Program-made: the position numbers and the translations under genes
Shown here: in pieces, positions 51,488 through 64,000 of the stretch
Position numbering within the stretch: position 1 is the stretch's first letter
Layout of the letters: each line of letters begins with the position of its first letter
Notes under the pieces: generated by a model
The model's input: the letters and a program-made list of their open reading frames with translations, nothing else
What the model was told of the DNA's origin: nothing
Databases searched by the model: none
Assembly (NCBI RefSeq): GCF_988243305.1
Contig: NZ_OZ547136.1
Direction: 5' to 3' (one strand)
DNA: 64,000 bases

Positions 51488-54400
51488 ATGGTTTACTCCT
51501 ATACCGAGAAAAAACGTATTCGTAAGGATTTTGGTAAACGTCCACAAGTTCTGGATGTACCTTATCTCCTTTCTATCCAGCTTGACTCGTTTCAGAAATT
51601 TATCGAGCAAGATCCTGAAGGGCAGTATGGTCTGGAAGCTGCTTTCCGTTCCGTATTCCCGATTCAGAGCTACAGCGGTAATTCCGAGCTGCAATACGTC
51701 AGCTACCGCCTTGGCGAACCGGTGTTTGACGTCCAGGAATGTCAAATCCGTGGCGTGACCTATTCCGCACCGCTGCGCGTTAAACTGCGTCTGGTGATCT
51801 ATGAGCGCGAAGCGCCGGAAGGCACCGTAAAAGACATTAAAGAACAAGAAGTCTACATGGGCGAAATTCCGCTCATGACAGATAACGGTACCTTTGTTAT
51901 CAACGGTACTGAGCGTGTTATCGTTTCCCAGCTGCACCGTAGTCCGGGCGTCTTCTTTGACTCCGACAAAGGTAAAACCCACTCTTCGGGTAAAGTACTG
52001 TATAACGCGCGAATCATCCCTTACCGTGGTTCCTGGCTGGACTTCGAATTCGATCCGAAGGACAACCTGTTCGTACGTATCGACCGTCGCCGTAAACTGC
52101 CTGCGACCATCATTCTGCGCGCCCTGAACTACACCACAGAGCAGATCCTCGACCTGTTCTTTGAAAAAGTTATCTTTGAAATCCGTGATAACAAGCTGCA
52201 GATGGAACTGGTGCCGGAACGCCTGCGTGGTGAAACCGCATCTTTTGACATCGAAGCTAACGGTAAAGTGTACGTAGAAAAAGGCCGCCGTATCACTGCG
52301 CGCCACATTCGCCAGCTGGAAAAAGACGACGTCAAACTGATCGAAGTCCCGGTTGAGTACATCGCAGGTAAAGTGGTTGCTAAAGACTATATTGATGAGT
52401 CTACCGGCGAGCTGATCTGTGCTGCGAACATGGAGCTGAGCCTGGATCTGCTGGCTAAGCTGAGCCAGTCTGGTCACAAGCGTATCGAAACGCTGTTCAC
52501 CAACGATCTGGATCACGGCCCATATATCTCTGAAACCTTACGTGTCGACCCAACTAACGACCGTCTGAGCGCACTGGTAGAAATCTACCGCATGATGCGC
52601 CCTGGCGAGCCGCCGACTCGTGAAGCAGCTGAAAGCCTGTTCGAGAACCTGTTCTTCTCCGAAGACCGTTATGACTTGTCTGCGGTTGGTCGTATGAAGT
52701 TCAACCGTTCTCTGCTGCGCGAAGAAATCGAAGGTTCCGGTATCCTGAGCAAAGACGACATCATTGATGTTATGAAAAAGCTCATTGATATCCGTAACGG
52801 TAAAGGCGAAGTCGATGATATCGACCACCTCGGCAACCGTCGTATCCGTTCCGTTGGCGAAATGGCGGAAAACCAGTTCCGCGTTGGCCTGGTACGTGTA
52901 GAGCGTGCGGTGAAAGAGCGTCTGTCTCTGGGCGATCTGGATACCCTGATGCCTCAGGATATGATCAACGCCAAGCCGATTTCCGCAGCAGTGAAAGAGT
53001 TCTTCGGTTCCAGCCAGCTGTCTCAGTTTATGGACCAGAACAACCCGCTGTCTGAGATTACGCACAAACGTCGTATCTCCGCACTCGGCCCAGGTGGTCT
53101 GACCCGTGAACGTGCAGGCTTCGAAGTTCGAGACGTACACCCGACTCACTACGGTCGCGTATGTCCAATCGAAACCCCTGAAGGTCCGAACATCGGTCTG
53201 ATCAACTCTCTGTCTGTGTACGCACAGACTAACGAATACGGCTTCCTTGAGACTCCGTATCGTAAAGTGACCGACGGTGTTGTAACTGACGAAATTCACT
53301 ACCTGTCTGCTATCGAAGAAGGCAACTACGTTATCGCCCAGGCGAACTCCAACCTGGATGAAGAAGGCCACTTCGTAGAAGACCTGGTAACTTGCCGTAG
53401 CAAAGGCGAATCCAGCTTGTTCAGCCGCGACCAGGTTGACTACATGGACGTATCCACCCAGCAGGTGGTATCTGTCGGTGCGTCCCTGATCCCGTTCCTG
53501 GAACACGATGACGCCAACCGTGCATTGATGGGTGCGAACATGCAACGTCAGGCCGTTCCGACTCTGCGTGCTGATAAGCCGCTGGTTGGTACTGGTATGG
53601 AACGTGCTGTTGCCGTTGACTCCGGTGTAACTGCGGTTGCTAAACGTGGTGGTGTCGTTCAGTACGTGGATGCTTCCCGTATCGTTATCAAAGTTAACGA
53701 AGACGAGATGTATCCGGGTGAAGCAGGTATCGACATCTATAACCTGACCAAATACACCCGTTCTAACCAGAACACCTGTATCAACCAGATGCCGTGTGTG
53801 TCTCTGGGTGAACCGGTAGAACGTGGCGACGTGCTGGCAGATGGTCCGTCTACCGACCTCGGTGAACTGGCGCTGGGTCAGAACATGCGCGTAGCGTTCA
53901 TGCCGTGGAATGGTTACAACTTCGAAGACTCCATCCTCGTATCCGAGCGTGTTGTTCAGGAAGACCGTTTCACCACCATCCACATTCAGGAACTGGCGTG
54001 TGTGTCCCGTGACACCAAGCTGGGGCCGGAAGAGATCACCGCTGACATCCCGAACGTGGGTGAAGCTGCGCTCTCCAAACTGGATGAATCCGGTATCGTT
54101 TACATTGGTGCGGAAGTAACCGGTGGCGACATTCTGGTTGGTAAGGTAACGCCGAAAGGTGAAACTCAGCTGACCCCAGAAGAAAAACTGCTGCGTGCGA
54201 TCTTCGGTGAGAAAGCGTCTGACGTTAAAGACTCTTCTCTGCGCGTACCAAACGGTGTATCCGGTACGGTTATCGACGTTCAGGTCTTTACTCGCGATGG
54301 CGTAGAAAAAGACAAACGTGCGCTGGAAATCGAAGAAATGCAGCTCAAACAGGCGAAGAAAGACCTGTCTGAAGAACTGCAGATCCTCGAAGCGGGTCTG

Positions 54401-55516
54401 TTCAGCCGTATCCGTGCTGTGCTGGTAGCCGGTGGCGTTGAAGCTGAGAAGCTCGACAAACTGCCGCGCGATCGCTGGCTGGAGCTGGGCCTGACCGACG
54501 AAGAGAAACAAAATCAGCTGGAACAGCTGGCTGAGCAGTATGACGAACTGAAACACGAGTTCGAGAAGAAACTCGAAGCGAAACGCCGCAAAATCACCCA
54601 GGGCGACGATCTGGCACCGGGCGTGCTGAAGATTGTTAAGGTATATCTGGCGGTTAAACGCCGTATCCAGCCTGGTGACAAGATGGCAGGTCGTCACGGT
54701 AACAAGGGTGTAATTTCTAAGATCAACCCGATCGAAGATATGCCTTACGATGAAAACGGTACGCCGGTAGACATCGTACTGAACCCGCTGGGCGTACCGT
54801 CTCGTATGAACATCGGTCAGATCCTCGAAACCCACCTGGGTATGGCTGCGAAAGGTATCGGCGACAAGATCAACGCCATGCTGAAACAGCAGCAAGAAGT
54901 CGCGAAACTGCGCGAATTCATCCAGCGTGCGTACGATCTGGGCGCTGACGTTCGTCAGAAAGTTGATCTGAGTACCTTCAGCGATGAAGAAGTTATGCGT
55001 CTGGCTGAAAACCTGCGCAAAGGTATGCCAATCGCAACGCCAGTGTTCGACGGTGCGAAAGAAGCAGAAATTAAAGAGCTGCTGAAACTTGGCGACCTGC
55101 CGACTTCTGGTCAGATCCGCCTGTACGACGGCCGCACTGGTGAACAGTTCGAGCGTCCGGTAACCGTTGGTTACATGTACATGCTGAAACTGAACCACCT
55201 GGTCGACGACAAGATGCACGCGCGTTCCACCGGTTCTTACAGCCTGGTTACTCAGCAGCCGCTGGGTGGTAAGGCACAGTTCGGTGGTCAGCGTTTCGGG
55301 GAGATGGAAGTGTGGGCGCTGGAAGCATACGGCGCAGCATACACCCTGCAGGAAATGCTCACCGTTAAGTCTGATGACGTGAACGGTCGTACTAAGATGT
55401 ATAAAAACATCGTGGACGGCAACCATCAGATGGAGCCGGGCATGCCAGAATCCTTCAACGTATTGTTGAAAGAGATTCGTTCGCTGGGTATCAACATCGA
55501 ACTGGAAGACGAGTAA
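51488..55516 (+). CDS. rpoB: DNA-directed RNA polymerase beta subunit
   Basis: ORF 51455..55516; ATG at 51488 gives 1342 aa ([35 protein letters not shown]...). Confidence 0.98.
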
Positions 55517-55592
55517 TTCTCGCTCAAACAGGTCACTGCTGTCGGGGTAAAACCCGGCAGCGGATTGTGCTAACTCCGACGGGAGCAAATCC

Positions 55593-58500
55593 GTGAAAGA
55601 TTTATTAAAGTTTCTGAAAGCGCAGACTAAAACCGAAGAGTTTGATGCGATCAAAATTGCTCTGGCTTCGCCAGACATGATCCGTTCATGGTCTTTCGGT
55701 GAAGTTAAAAAGCCGGAAACCATCAACTACCGTACGTTCAAACCAGAACGTGACGGCCTTTTCTGCGCCCGTATCTTTGGGCCGGTAAAAGATTACGAGT
55801 GCCTGTGCGGTAAGTACAAGCGCCTGAAACACCGTGGTGTCATCTGTGAGAAGTGCGGCGTTGAAGTGACCCAGACTAAAGTACGCCGTGAGCGTATGGG
55901 CCACATCGAACTGGCTTCCCCGACTGCGCACATCTGGTTCCTGAAATCGCTGCCGTCCCGTATCGGCCTGCTGCTCGATATGCCGCTGCGCGATATCGAA
56001 CGCGTACTGTACTTCGAATCCTATGTGGTTATTGAAGGCGGTATGACCAACCTGGAGCGTCAGCAGATCCTGACTGAAGAGCAGTATCTGGACGCGCTGG
56101 AAGAGTTCGGTGACGAATTCGACGCGAAGATGGGTGCGGAAGCAATCCAGGCTCTGCTGAAGAGCATGGATCTGGAGCAAGAGTGCGAACAGCTGCGTGA
56201 AGAGCTGAACGAAACCAACTCCGAAACTAAGCGTAAAAAGCTGACCAAGCGTATCAAACTGCTGGAAGCGTTCGTTCAGTCTGGTAACAAACCAGAGTGG
56301 ATGATCCTGACCGTTCTGCCGGTACTGCCGCCAGATCTGCGTCCGCTGGTTCCGCTGGATGGTGGTCGTTTCGCGACTTCTGACCTGAACGATCTGTATC
56401 GTCGCGTCATTAACCGTAACAACCGTCTGAAACGTCTGCTGGATCTGGCTGCGCCGGACATCATCGTACGTAACGAAAAACGTATGCTGCAGGAAGCGGT
56501 AGACGCCCTGCTGGATAACGGTCGTCGCGGTCGTGCGATCACCGGTTCTAACAAGCGTCCTCTGAAATCTTTGGCCGACATGATCAAAGGTAAACAGGGT
56601 CGTTTCCGTCAGAACCTGCTCGGTAAGCGTGTTGACTATTCCGGTCGTTCTGTAATCACCGTAGGTCCATACCTGCGTCTGCATCAGTGCGGTCTGCCGA
56701 AGAAAATGGCGCTGGAGCTGTTCAAACCGTTCATCTACGGCAAGCTGGAACTGCGTGGTCTTGCTACCACCATTAAAGCTGCGAAGAAAATGGTTGAGCG
56801 CGAAGAAGCTGTCGTTTGGGATATCCTGGACGAAGTTATCCGCGAACACCCGGTACTGCTGAACCGTGCACCGACTCTGCACCGTCTGGGTATCCAGGCA
56901 TTTGAACCGGTACTGATCGAAGGTAAAGCTATCCAGCTGCACCCGCTGGTTTGTGCGGCATATAACGCCGACTTCGATGGTGACCAGATGGCAGTTCACG
57001 TACCGCTGACGCTGGAAGCCCAGCTGGAAGCGCGTGCGCTGATGATGTCTACCAACAACATCCTGTCCCCGGCGAACGGCGAACCAATCATCGTTCCGTC
57101 TCAGGACGTTGTACTGGGTCTGTACTACATGACCCGTGACTGTGTTAACGCCAAAGGCGAAGGCATGGTGCTGACTGGCCCGAAAGAAGCAGAACGTCTG
57201 TATCGCTCTGGTCTGGCTTCTCTGCATGCGCGCGTTAAAGTGCGTATCACCGAGTATGAAAAAGATGCTAACGGTGAATTAGTAGCGAAAACCAGCCTGA
57301 AAGATACGACTGTTGGCCGTGCCATTCTGTGGATGATTGTACCGAAAGGTCTGCCTTACTCCATCGTCAACCAGGCGCTGGGTAAAAAAGCAATCTCCAA
57401 AATGCTGAACACCTGCTACCGCATTCTCGGTCTGAAACCGACCGTTATTTTTGCGGACCAGATCATGTATACCGGCTTTGCATATGCAGCGCGTTCTGGT
57501 GCATCTGTTGGTATCGATGACATGGTCATCCCGGAGAAGAAACACGAAATCATCTCCGAGGCAGAAGCAGAAGTTGCTGAAATTCAGGAGCAGTTCCAGT
57601 CTGGTCTGGTAACTGCGGGCGAACGCTATAACAAAGTTATCGATATCTGGGCTGCGGCGAACGATCGTGTATCCAAAGCGATGATGGATAACCTGCAAAC
57701 TGAAACCGTTATTAACCGTGACGGTCAGGAAGAGAAGCAGGTTTCCTTCAACAGCATCTACATGATGGCCGACTCCGGTGCGCGTGGTTCTGCGGCACAG
57801 ATTCGTCAGCTTGCTGGTATGCGTGGTCTGATGGCGAAGCCGGATGGCTCCATCATCGAAACGCCAATCACCGCGAACTTCCGTGAAGGTCTGAACGTAC
57901 TCCAGTACTTCATCTCCACCCACGGTGCTCGTAAAGGTCTGGCGGACACCGCACTGAAAACTGCGAACTCCGGTTACCTGACTCGTCGTCTGGTTGACGT
58001 GGCGCAGGACCTGGTGGTTACCGAAGACGATTGTGGTACTCATGAAGGTATCATGATGACTCCGGTTATCGAAGGTGGTGACGTTAAAGAGCCGCTGCGC
58101 GATCGCGTACTGGGTCGTGTAACTGCTGAAGACGTTCTGAAGCCGGGTACTGCTGATATCCTCGTTCCGCGCAACACGCTGCTGCACGAACAGTGGTGTG
58201 ACCTGCTGGAAGAGAACTCTGTCGACGCGGTTAAAGTACGTTCTGTTGTATCTTGTGACACCGACTTTGGTGTATGTGCGCACTGCTACGGTCGTGACCT
58301 GGCGCGTGGCCACATCATCAATAAAGGTGAAGCAATCGGTGTTATCGCGGCACAGTCCATCGGTGAACCGGGTACACAGCTGACCATGCGTACGTTCCAC
58401 ATCGGTGGTGCGGCATCACGTGCGGCTGCTGAATCCAGCATCCAGGTGAAAAACAAAGGTAGCATCAAGCTCAGCAACGTGAAGTCGGTTGTGAACTCCA

Positions 58501-59816
58501 GCGGTAAACTGGTTATCACTTCCCGTAACACCGAACTGAAACTGATCGACGAATTCGGTCGTACCAAAGAAAGCTACAAAGTACCTTACGGTGCGGTACT
58601 GGCGAAAGGCGATGGCGAACAGGTTGCTGGCGGCGAAACCGTTGCAAACTGGGACCCGCACACCATGCCGGTTATCACCGAAGTAAGCGGTTTTGTACGC
58701 TTTACTGACATGATCGACGGTCAGACCATTACGCGTCAGACCGACGAATTGACCGGTCTGTCTTCGCTGGTGGTTCTGGATTCCGCAGAACGTACCGCAG
58801 GTGGTAAAGATCTGCGTCCGGCACTGAAAATCGTTGATGCTCAGGGTAACGACGTTCTGATCCCGGGTACCGATATGCCAGCGCAGTACTTCCTGCCGGG
58901 TAAAGCGATTGTTCAGCTGGAAGATGGCGTACAGATCAGCTCTGGTGACACCCTGGCGCGTATTCCGCAGGAATCCGGCGGTACCAAGGACATCACCGGT
59001 GGTCTGCCGCGCGTTGCGGACCTGTTCGAAGCACGTCGTCCGAAAGAGCCGGCAATCCTGGCTGAAATCAGCGGTATCGTTTCCTTCGGTAAAGAAACCA
59101 AAGGTAAACGTCGTCTGGTTATCACCCCGGTAGACGGTAGCGATCCGTACGAAGAGATGATTCCGAAATGGCGTCAGCTCAACGTGTTCGAAGGTGAACG
59201 TGTAGAACGTGGTGACGTAATTTCCGACGGTCCGGAAGCGCCGCACGACATTCTGCGTCTGCGTGGTGTTCATGCTGTTACTCGTTACATCGTTAACGAA
59301 GTACAGGACGTATACCGTCTGCAGGGCGTTAAGATTAACGATAAACACATCGAAGTTATCGTTCGTCAGATGCTGCGTAAAGCTACCATCGTTAACGCGG
59401 GCAGCTCCGACTTCCTGGAAGGCGAACAGGTTGAATACTCTCGCGTCAAGATCGCAAACCGCGAACTGGAAGCGAACGGCAAAGTGGGTGCAACTTACTC
59501 CCGCGATCTGCTGGGTATCACCAAAGCGTCTCTGGCAACCGAGTCCTTCATCTCCGCGGCATCGTTCCAGGAGACCACTCGCGTGCTGACCGAAGCAGCC
59601 GTTGCGGGCAAACGCGACGAACTGCGCGGCCTGAAAGAGAACGTTATCGTGGGTCGTCTGATCCCGGCAGGTACTGGTTACGCGTACCACCAGGATCGTA
59701 TGCGTCGCCGTGCTGCGGGTGAAGCTCCGGCTGCACCGCAGGTGACTGCAGAAGACGCATCTGCCAGCCTGGCAGAACTGCTGAACGCAGGTCTGGGCGG
59801 TTCTGATAACGAGTAA
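55593..59816 (+). CDS. rpoC: DNA-directed RNA polymerase beta' subunit
   Basis: 1407-aa ORF starting at GTG (gtgaaagatttattaaag; [33 protein letters not shown]...); zinc-binding [20 protein letters not shown] and the NADFDGD active-site motif present. Confidence 0.98.
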
Positions 59817-59837
59817 TCGTTAATCCGCAAATAACGT

Positions 59838-59863
59838 AAAAACCCGCTTCGGCGGGTTTTTTT
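59838..59863 (+). terminator. Rho-independent terminator downstream of rpoC
   Basis: aaaaacccgc-ttcg-gcgggttttttt. Confidence 0.8.
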
Positions 59864-60028
59864 ATGGGGGTAGTTTAGGGAAAGAGCATTTGTCAGAATA
59901 TTTAATGAATTTCTGGATACTCATAATCAATGTAGAGATGACTAATATCCTGAAACTGACTGAACTAATTGAGTCAAGCTCGGCAAGAATTCGATACTAT
60001 TCCTGTGTGACTTTCTTAAGGAACGATA

Positions 60029-60568
60029 ATGAAACAGGAAGTGGAGAAGTGGCGACCTTTTGGACATCCGGATGGTGATATTCGTGATTTATCATTTCTT
60101 GATGCTCATCAGGCTGTCTACGTTCAGCATCATGAGGGCAAAGAGCCTTTAGAGTATCGCTTCTGGGTTACCTACTCTCTTCACTGCTTCACAAAAGATT
60201 ATGAACATCAGACTAACGAAGAAAAACAATCGTTAATGTACCACGCGCCTAAAGAATCTCGTCCCTTCTGCCAGCACCGTTATAACTTAGCGCGCATACA
60301 CTTAAAAAGAACCATTTTGGCGCTGCCAGAAAGCAACGTTATTCATGCTGGGTATGGTAGCTATGCCGTGATTGAAGTGGATTTAAACGGAGGAGACAAG
60401 GCATTTTACTTTGTTGCGTTCAGGGCTTTCAGGGAAAAGAAAAAACTTCGTTTGCATGTAACTAGCGCTTATCCCATTTCTGAAAAACAGAAAGGTAAAT
60501 CAGTGAAATTTTTCACCATTGCCTACAACTTATTGAGAAATAAGCAGCTTCCTCAGCCCTCAAAATAA
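60029..60568 (+). CDS. yjaZ: Heat-shock-associated protein YjaZ (HtrC), DUF2268 family
   Basis: 179-aa ORF MKQEVEKWRPFGHPDGDIRDLSFLDAHQAVYVQHHEGKEPLEYRFW...; synteny between rpoC and thiH. Confidence 0.85.
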   Translation: MKQEVEKWRPFGHPDGDIRDLSFLDAHQAVYVQHHEGKEPLEYRFWVTYSLHCFTKDYEHQTNEEKQSLMYHAPKESRPFCQHRYNLARIHLKRTILALPESNVIHAGYGSYAVIEVDLNGGDKAFYFVAFRAFREKKKLRLHVTSAYPISEKQKGKSVKFFTIAYNLLRNKQLPQPSK

Positions 60569-60730
60569 CAAAACCCACCTTAAGGTGGGTTTCGCCAGAG
60601 AATTATCTCTGGTATTCAGAACGCCATTACCGGACTTTGCCTTGACCTTGCGATAATCGCAGGTTGCGGGATGTCTGAATTTCTTCAGTCTGCTGCATCC
60701 TGGAAGATGAGAACATGTGTTCTTATTTTC
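60566..60730 (-). ncRNA. sroH: Candidate small RNA (consistent with SroH) bounded by a sigma70-like promoter and an intrinsic terminator
   Basis: On the minus strand: -35 TTGTAA (plus 60760-60765), 17-bp spacer, -10 TATGAT (plus 60737-60742); about 165 nt downstream is the hairpin aaacccacc-ttaa-ggtgggttt followed by UUGUUAUUUU, overlapping the yjaZ stop. I recall SroH as ~161 nt and adjacent to yjaZ (htrC). Confidence 0.5.
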
Positions 60731-60977
60731 GTCTCTATCATAGTTGAGTATTTACTCTCTTACAATCAGATCTCTTTCATTGCTCAACAGGCGATGGCTT
60801 CAGACTTTGCATTACGGAATTTTTAAGAAAGGCAGGGCGAAACGAGGAAGAAGCTTTTCGCCCTGGACAACATTCCTGCTGACGGCACTACCATAAAAAA
60901 ACACAACGCTTTCAACAACCTTGCGTTTTTCATCTTCCGTAGCGGCTCGGAATAAATTTACGTTCTTACATTCTGTC

Positions 60978-62111
60978 TCATGGCCTTTGCGAGGCGCGTC
61001 CCAGATAGCTGTCCCAGTCTTTCCATACCGGCTGCAAACCCTGAGCAGTTAACGCGGCAGCAACCGCTTCCGGTCTGCGACCGTCGTGCGGTGAGAACTG
61101 TTCCAGCTCGGGGTGATTGTCGGCATAGCCACCTGGCTGCGTTTTCGAAAAAGCGCTGACGTTATTAATTGCCAGCGGAATCACGCGATCGCGAAACCAC
61201 GGTGATTCCCGCGTGGAGAGTGACAGTTCAATCTCCGGTGCAAGCAGCCGGAAGGCGCAGATGGTTTGCACTAACTGGCGTTCATCCATAATCGACGCAG
61301 GCTCAATGCCGCCAGTACATGGACGCAGGCGTGGGAAGGAGACAGAGTAGCGGCTTTGCCAGTAATGCTGTTGCAGCCATAGCAAATGTTCTGCAACCAT
61401 ATAGCAGTCAACGCGCCAGCTGTCGGAAAGGCCAATTAGCGCGCCGAGGCCTATCTTATCAATCCCCGCACGGCCCAGCCGATCCGGCGTTTCCAGCCGC
61501 CAGAAGAAGTCCTGTTTTTTGCCTTTCAGATGGTGGCGGGCATAAGTCGCCTCGTGATATGTCTCCTGATAAACCATCACGCCATCCAGACCAAGTTGCT
61601 TTAACTCGGCGTATTCCGTCTCCGCCAGCGGCTGTACTTCCATCTGTAGTGAAGAGAACTGTTCACGCAGGGCAGGGAGATGACGACGAAAGTAATTCAT
61701 CCCCACTTTCGCCTGATGTTCACCAGTGACTAAAAGCAGATGTTCAAAGCCCATCTCCCGTATAGCGGCGCTTTCCCTGGCAATATCCGCTTCATCCAGC
61801 GTTTTGCGCTTGATGCGGTTGCTCATAGAGAATCCGCAGTACGTACAGTCGTTAGCGCAAAGATTGGAAAGATAAAGCGGGACGTAGAAGCTGACGACGT
61901 TGCCAAATCGCTGACGGGTCAGACGCTGCGCCCGTTGGGCCAGTGGTTCCAGATAGCCACTGGCGGCTGGCGATAACAGCGCCATCATATCGTCGCGGGT
62001 GAGTTGCGAGACATTTAGCGCCCGCTCTACGTCAGCAGCCGTTTTGCCGTTGATACGCAGGCGGATGTCGTCCCAGTCCAGTTGTCGCCAGCGATCGCTG
62101 AAGGTTTTCAT
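60978..62111 (-). CDS. thiH: 2-iminoacetate synthase (tyrosine lyase; radical SAM) for thiazole biosynthesis
   Basis: 377-aa ORF with CANDCTYC radical-SAM motif; last gene of the thi operon. Confidence 0.94.
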
Positions 62112-62878
62112 GCCGATGCCTCCAGAAATCCGGTCAGCGGGCTGGTGGCATGAGCAAAATGACTGCGGCTGCCCGGTCCGGACTGCCGTGCCAGCAGGCC
62201 TGCTTCTACTGCCAGACGAAATGCCTTCGCCATGTTGACGGGATCGTCCGCGACGGCAATCGCCGTATTCACTAACACCGCGTCGGCCCCCATTTCCAGC
62301 GCCTGCGCGGCATGGCTGGGAACGCCGATGCCAGCATCGACAACCACCGGAACCGTGGCCTGCTGGATAATAATCTCCAGCATGGCGCGGGTTTCCAGTC
62401 CCTGATTCGAGCCAATCGGCGCGCCGAGCGGCATCACCGCTGCACAGCCGACTTCTTCCAGACGTTTACACAATACCGGATCGGCCCCGCAGTAAGGCAG
62501 CACGACAAATCCCTGTTGTACCAGCGTTTCGGCGGCTTTCAGGGTTTCGATGGGATCGGGCAACAGCCAGCGGGCGTCAGGGTGAATCTCTAATTTTAGC
62601 CAGTTTGTGCCTAATGCTTCACGTGCCAGATGGGCGGCGAAAATGGCTTCTTCCGCTGTTTTCGCCCCGGAAGTATTCGGCAGCAGGGTCACACCCGCCG
62701 CGATAAGCGGTTCGAGGATAGCGTCGTTGTGCTGGCGCAAGTCGACACGTTTCATCGCCAGCGTCACCAGCTGGCTGCCGGAAGCGCGGATCGCCTCCAC
62801 CATCAGTTGTGAAGAAGCGAATTTCCCGGTGCCGGTAAACAGATGTGAATCAAACGTTTTGTCCGCAATACGTAACAT
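62108..62878 (-). CDS. thiG: Thiazole synthase
   Basis: ORF 62108..63136 is extended in frame; start taken at ATG 62876-62878 ([20 protein letters not shown]..., 256 aa); 4-bp overlap with thiH. Confidence 0.92.
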
Positions 62879-62879
62879 C

Positions 62880-63080
62880 TCAACCCCCTGCAATAACCTG
62901 AAAAAGCAGGATCTGGTCGCCATCCTGCACGATATGTTGCGCCCATTGATCACGCGGGACGATTTGCTGATTAATCGCCAGAGCCGCGCCCGCTTGTCGT
63001 TGGTCGAGTTGCTCCAGTAGTTCGTGAACAGTTTGCCCGGCGGCGCACTGCATCGGTTGATCGTTAAACAGGATCTGCAT
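62880..63080 (-). CDS. thiS: Sulfur-carrier protein ThiS
   Basis: ORF 62880..63107; start taken at ATG 63078-63080 ([18 protein letters not shown]...; 66 aa ending in GG). Confidence 0.9.
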
Positions 63081-63819
63081 TGCTTCCTCCGCATACCGGG
63101 CAACCACTGGCGCGGCGCAACGCCAGGCTGCGCCACTGGCTAGACTTACCGTCGAACAGTCGGAGTTCTCCCGCAGGCGTCTCTATACCGCTTAATAACT
63201 TAATGGCTTCCAGTGCCTGCAAAGTGCCCATAACCCCGACCACCGGGCCAACCACGCCCGCCGTGCGGCAGTTGCGTTCTGGCTCCTGGTTATCTGGCCA
63301 CAGGCAGCGGTAACACCCCTGCTCCCAGGGCGGCGTCAGTACCATCAACTGACCGCCAAATCCGACCGCGCTGGCGGTGATAAGCGGTGTGTTGAGTGCC
63401 ACGCAGGCGGCATTAATCTCCTGGCGAGTCGCCATATTGTCGGTACAGTCGAGCACCACATCGGCTTGTGCAACCGCATCTTTTAACGCCTCACCCGTTA
63501 ACCGTTGTTGTAATGCTGTCAGTTGAATATCGGGATTCAACTGTGTCAGTCGCTGATGGCTGACCTGCGATTTCGGGCGATCGATATCTTCAGTGGTAAA
63601 GAGGATTTGTCGTTGCAGATTGCTTAAATGCACATCGTCGTCATCTGCCAGTACCAGCGTCCCGACGCCAGCGCCCGCCAGGTATAGCGCAGCAGGTGTA
63701 CCCAGCCCGCCAAGACCGATAATCAGCACCTGGCTGTCGAGCAGTTTTTGCTGCCCGTCAAGAGCGATATCGTCGAGCAGGATTTGGCGGCTATAACGCA
63801 TAAAGTCACGGTCATTCAT
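63064..63819 (-). CDS. thiF: ThiS adenylyltransferase (E1-like)
   Basis: ORF 63064..63912; start taken at ATG 63817-63819 ([27 protein letters not shown]..., 251 aa); GLGGLG nucleotide-binding motif and CxxC pairs. Confidence 0.92.
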
Positions 63820-64000
63820 CGCCAACTCCTGCAATTTCCAGCAACTGTGCCGTTGCCAAACGCCAGTCTGCGGCTTGAGTAATGGCGCTGACAACGGCGA
63901 TACTGCCGACACCCGTCGCCATTACCGCTGGCGCGCGCGGCAGACTGATACCGCCAATCGCCACGGTGGGATAATCCGCCAGGCGCTCAACATGCCGTGC
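63811..64000 (-). CDS. thiE: Thiamine-phosphate synthase, 3' portion (partial; start lies beyond window end)
   Basis: Minus-strand frame reading ...[10 protein letters not shown] then TGA at 63811-63813, overlapping the thiF start; synteny. Confidence 0.75.

Noticed and set aside
52538-55726. 1062-aa ORF on the minus strand spanning most of rpoB, plus similar long antisense ORFs at 51413-52516, 55686-57227, 57279-58400 and 58416-59690 over rpoB/rpoC
   Set aside because: They lie exactly antisense to the well-supported RNA polymerase genes. Highly expressed genes avoid codons whose reverse complements are stop codons, which produces long spurious antisense reading frames. The translations are low-complexity and have no start-site signals.

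Overview
This window is an Escherichia coli-type chromosomal segment, almost entirely conserved core genome, with one ~3 kb strain-variable insertion at its left edge. All calls are by eye from the sequence and the supplied ORF track; no searches or computations were run. Core gene order (left to right): metL 3' end, metF, katG, yijE, yijF, gldA-fsaB-ptsA, frwC-frwB-pflD-pflC-frwD, yijO, eptC, ppc, argE / argCBH, oxyS / oxyR, sthA, fabR-yijD, trmA, btuB (with cobalamin riboswitch leader), murI, a complete rrnB-type rRNA operon (16S, tRNA-Glu, 23S, 5S), murB-birA, coaA, four tRNAs (Thr-Tyr-Gly-Thr), tufB, secE-nusG, rplKAJL, rpoBC, yjaZ, and thiHGSFE (thiE partial). The one clearly accessory stretch is positions ~114-3000, between metL and metF. 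From memory the K-12 reference has only a few hundred bp here. It holds two divergently transcribed genes: a 376-aa cysteine-rich protein with two predicted zinc ribbons and no function I can assign, and a ~517-aa signal-peptide-bearing metallophosphoesterase/5'-nucleotidase-family protein. A perfect CRP consensus palindrome sits in their shared promoter region. This is the best candidate in the window for something undescribed, but I cannot show it is a coherent system rather than two unrelated acquired genes. Other observations are a 37-bp GC-rich module shared by two intergenic regions, an rrn terminator region that looks shorter than the K-12 rrnB T1-T2 arrangement, and a promoter-plus-terminator-bounded ~165-nt unit after yjaZ consistent with the sRNA sroH. 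No CRISPR array, intact IS element or prophage was seen.
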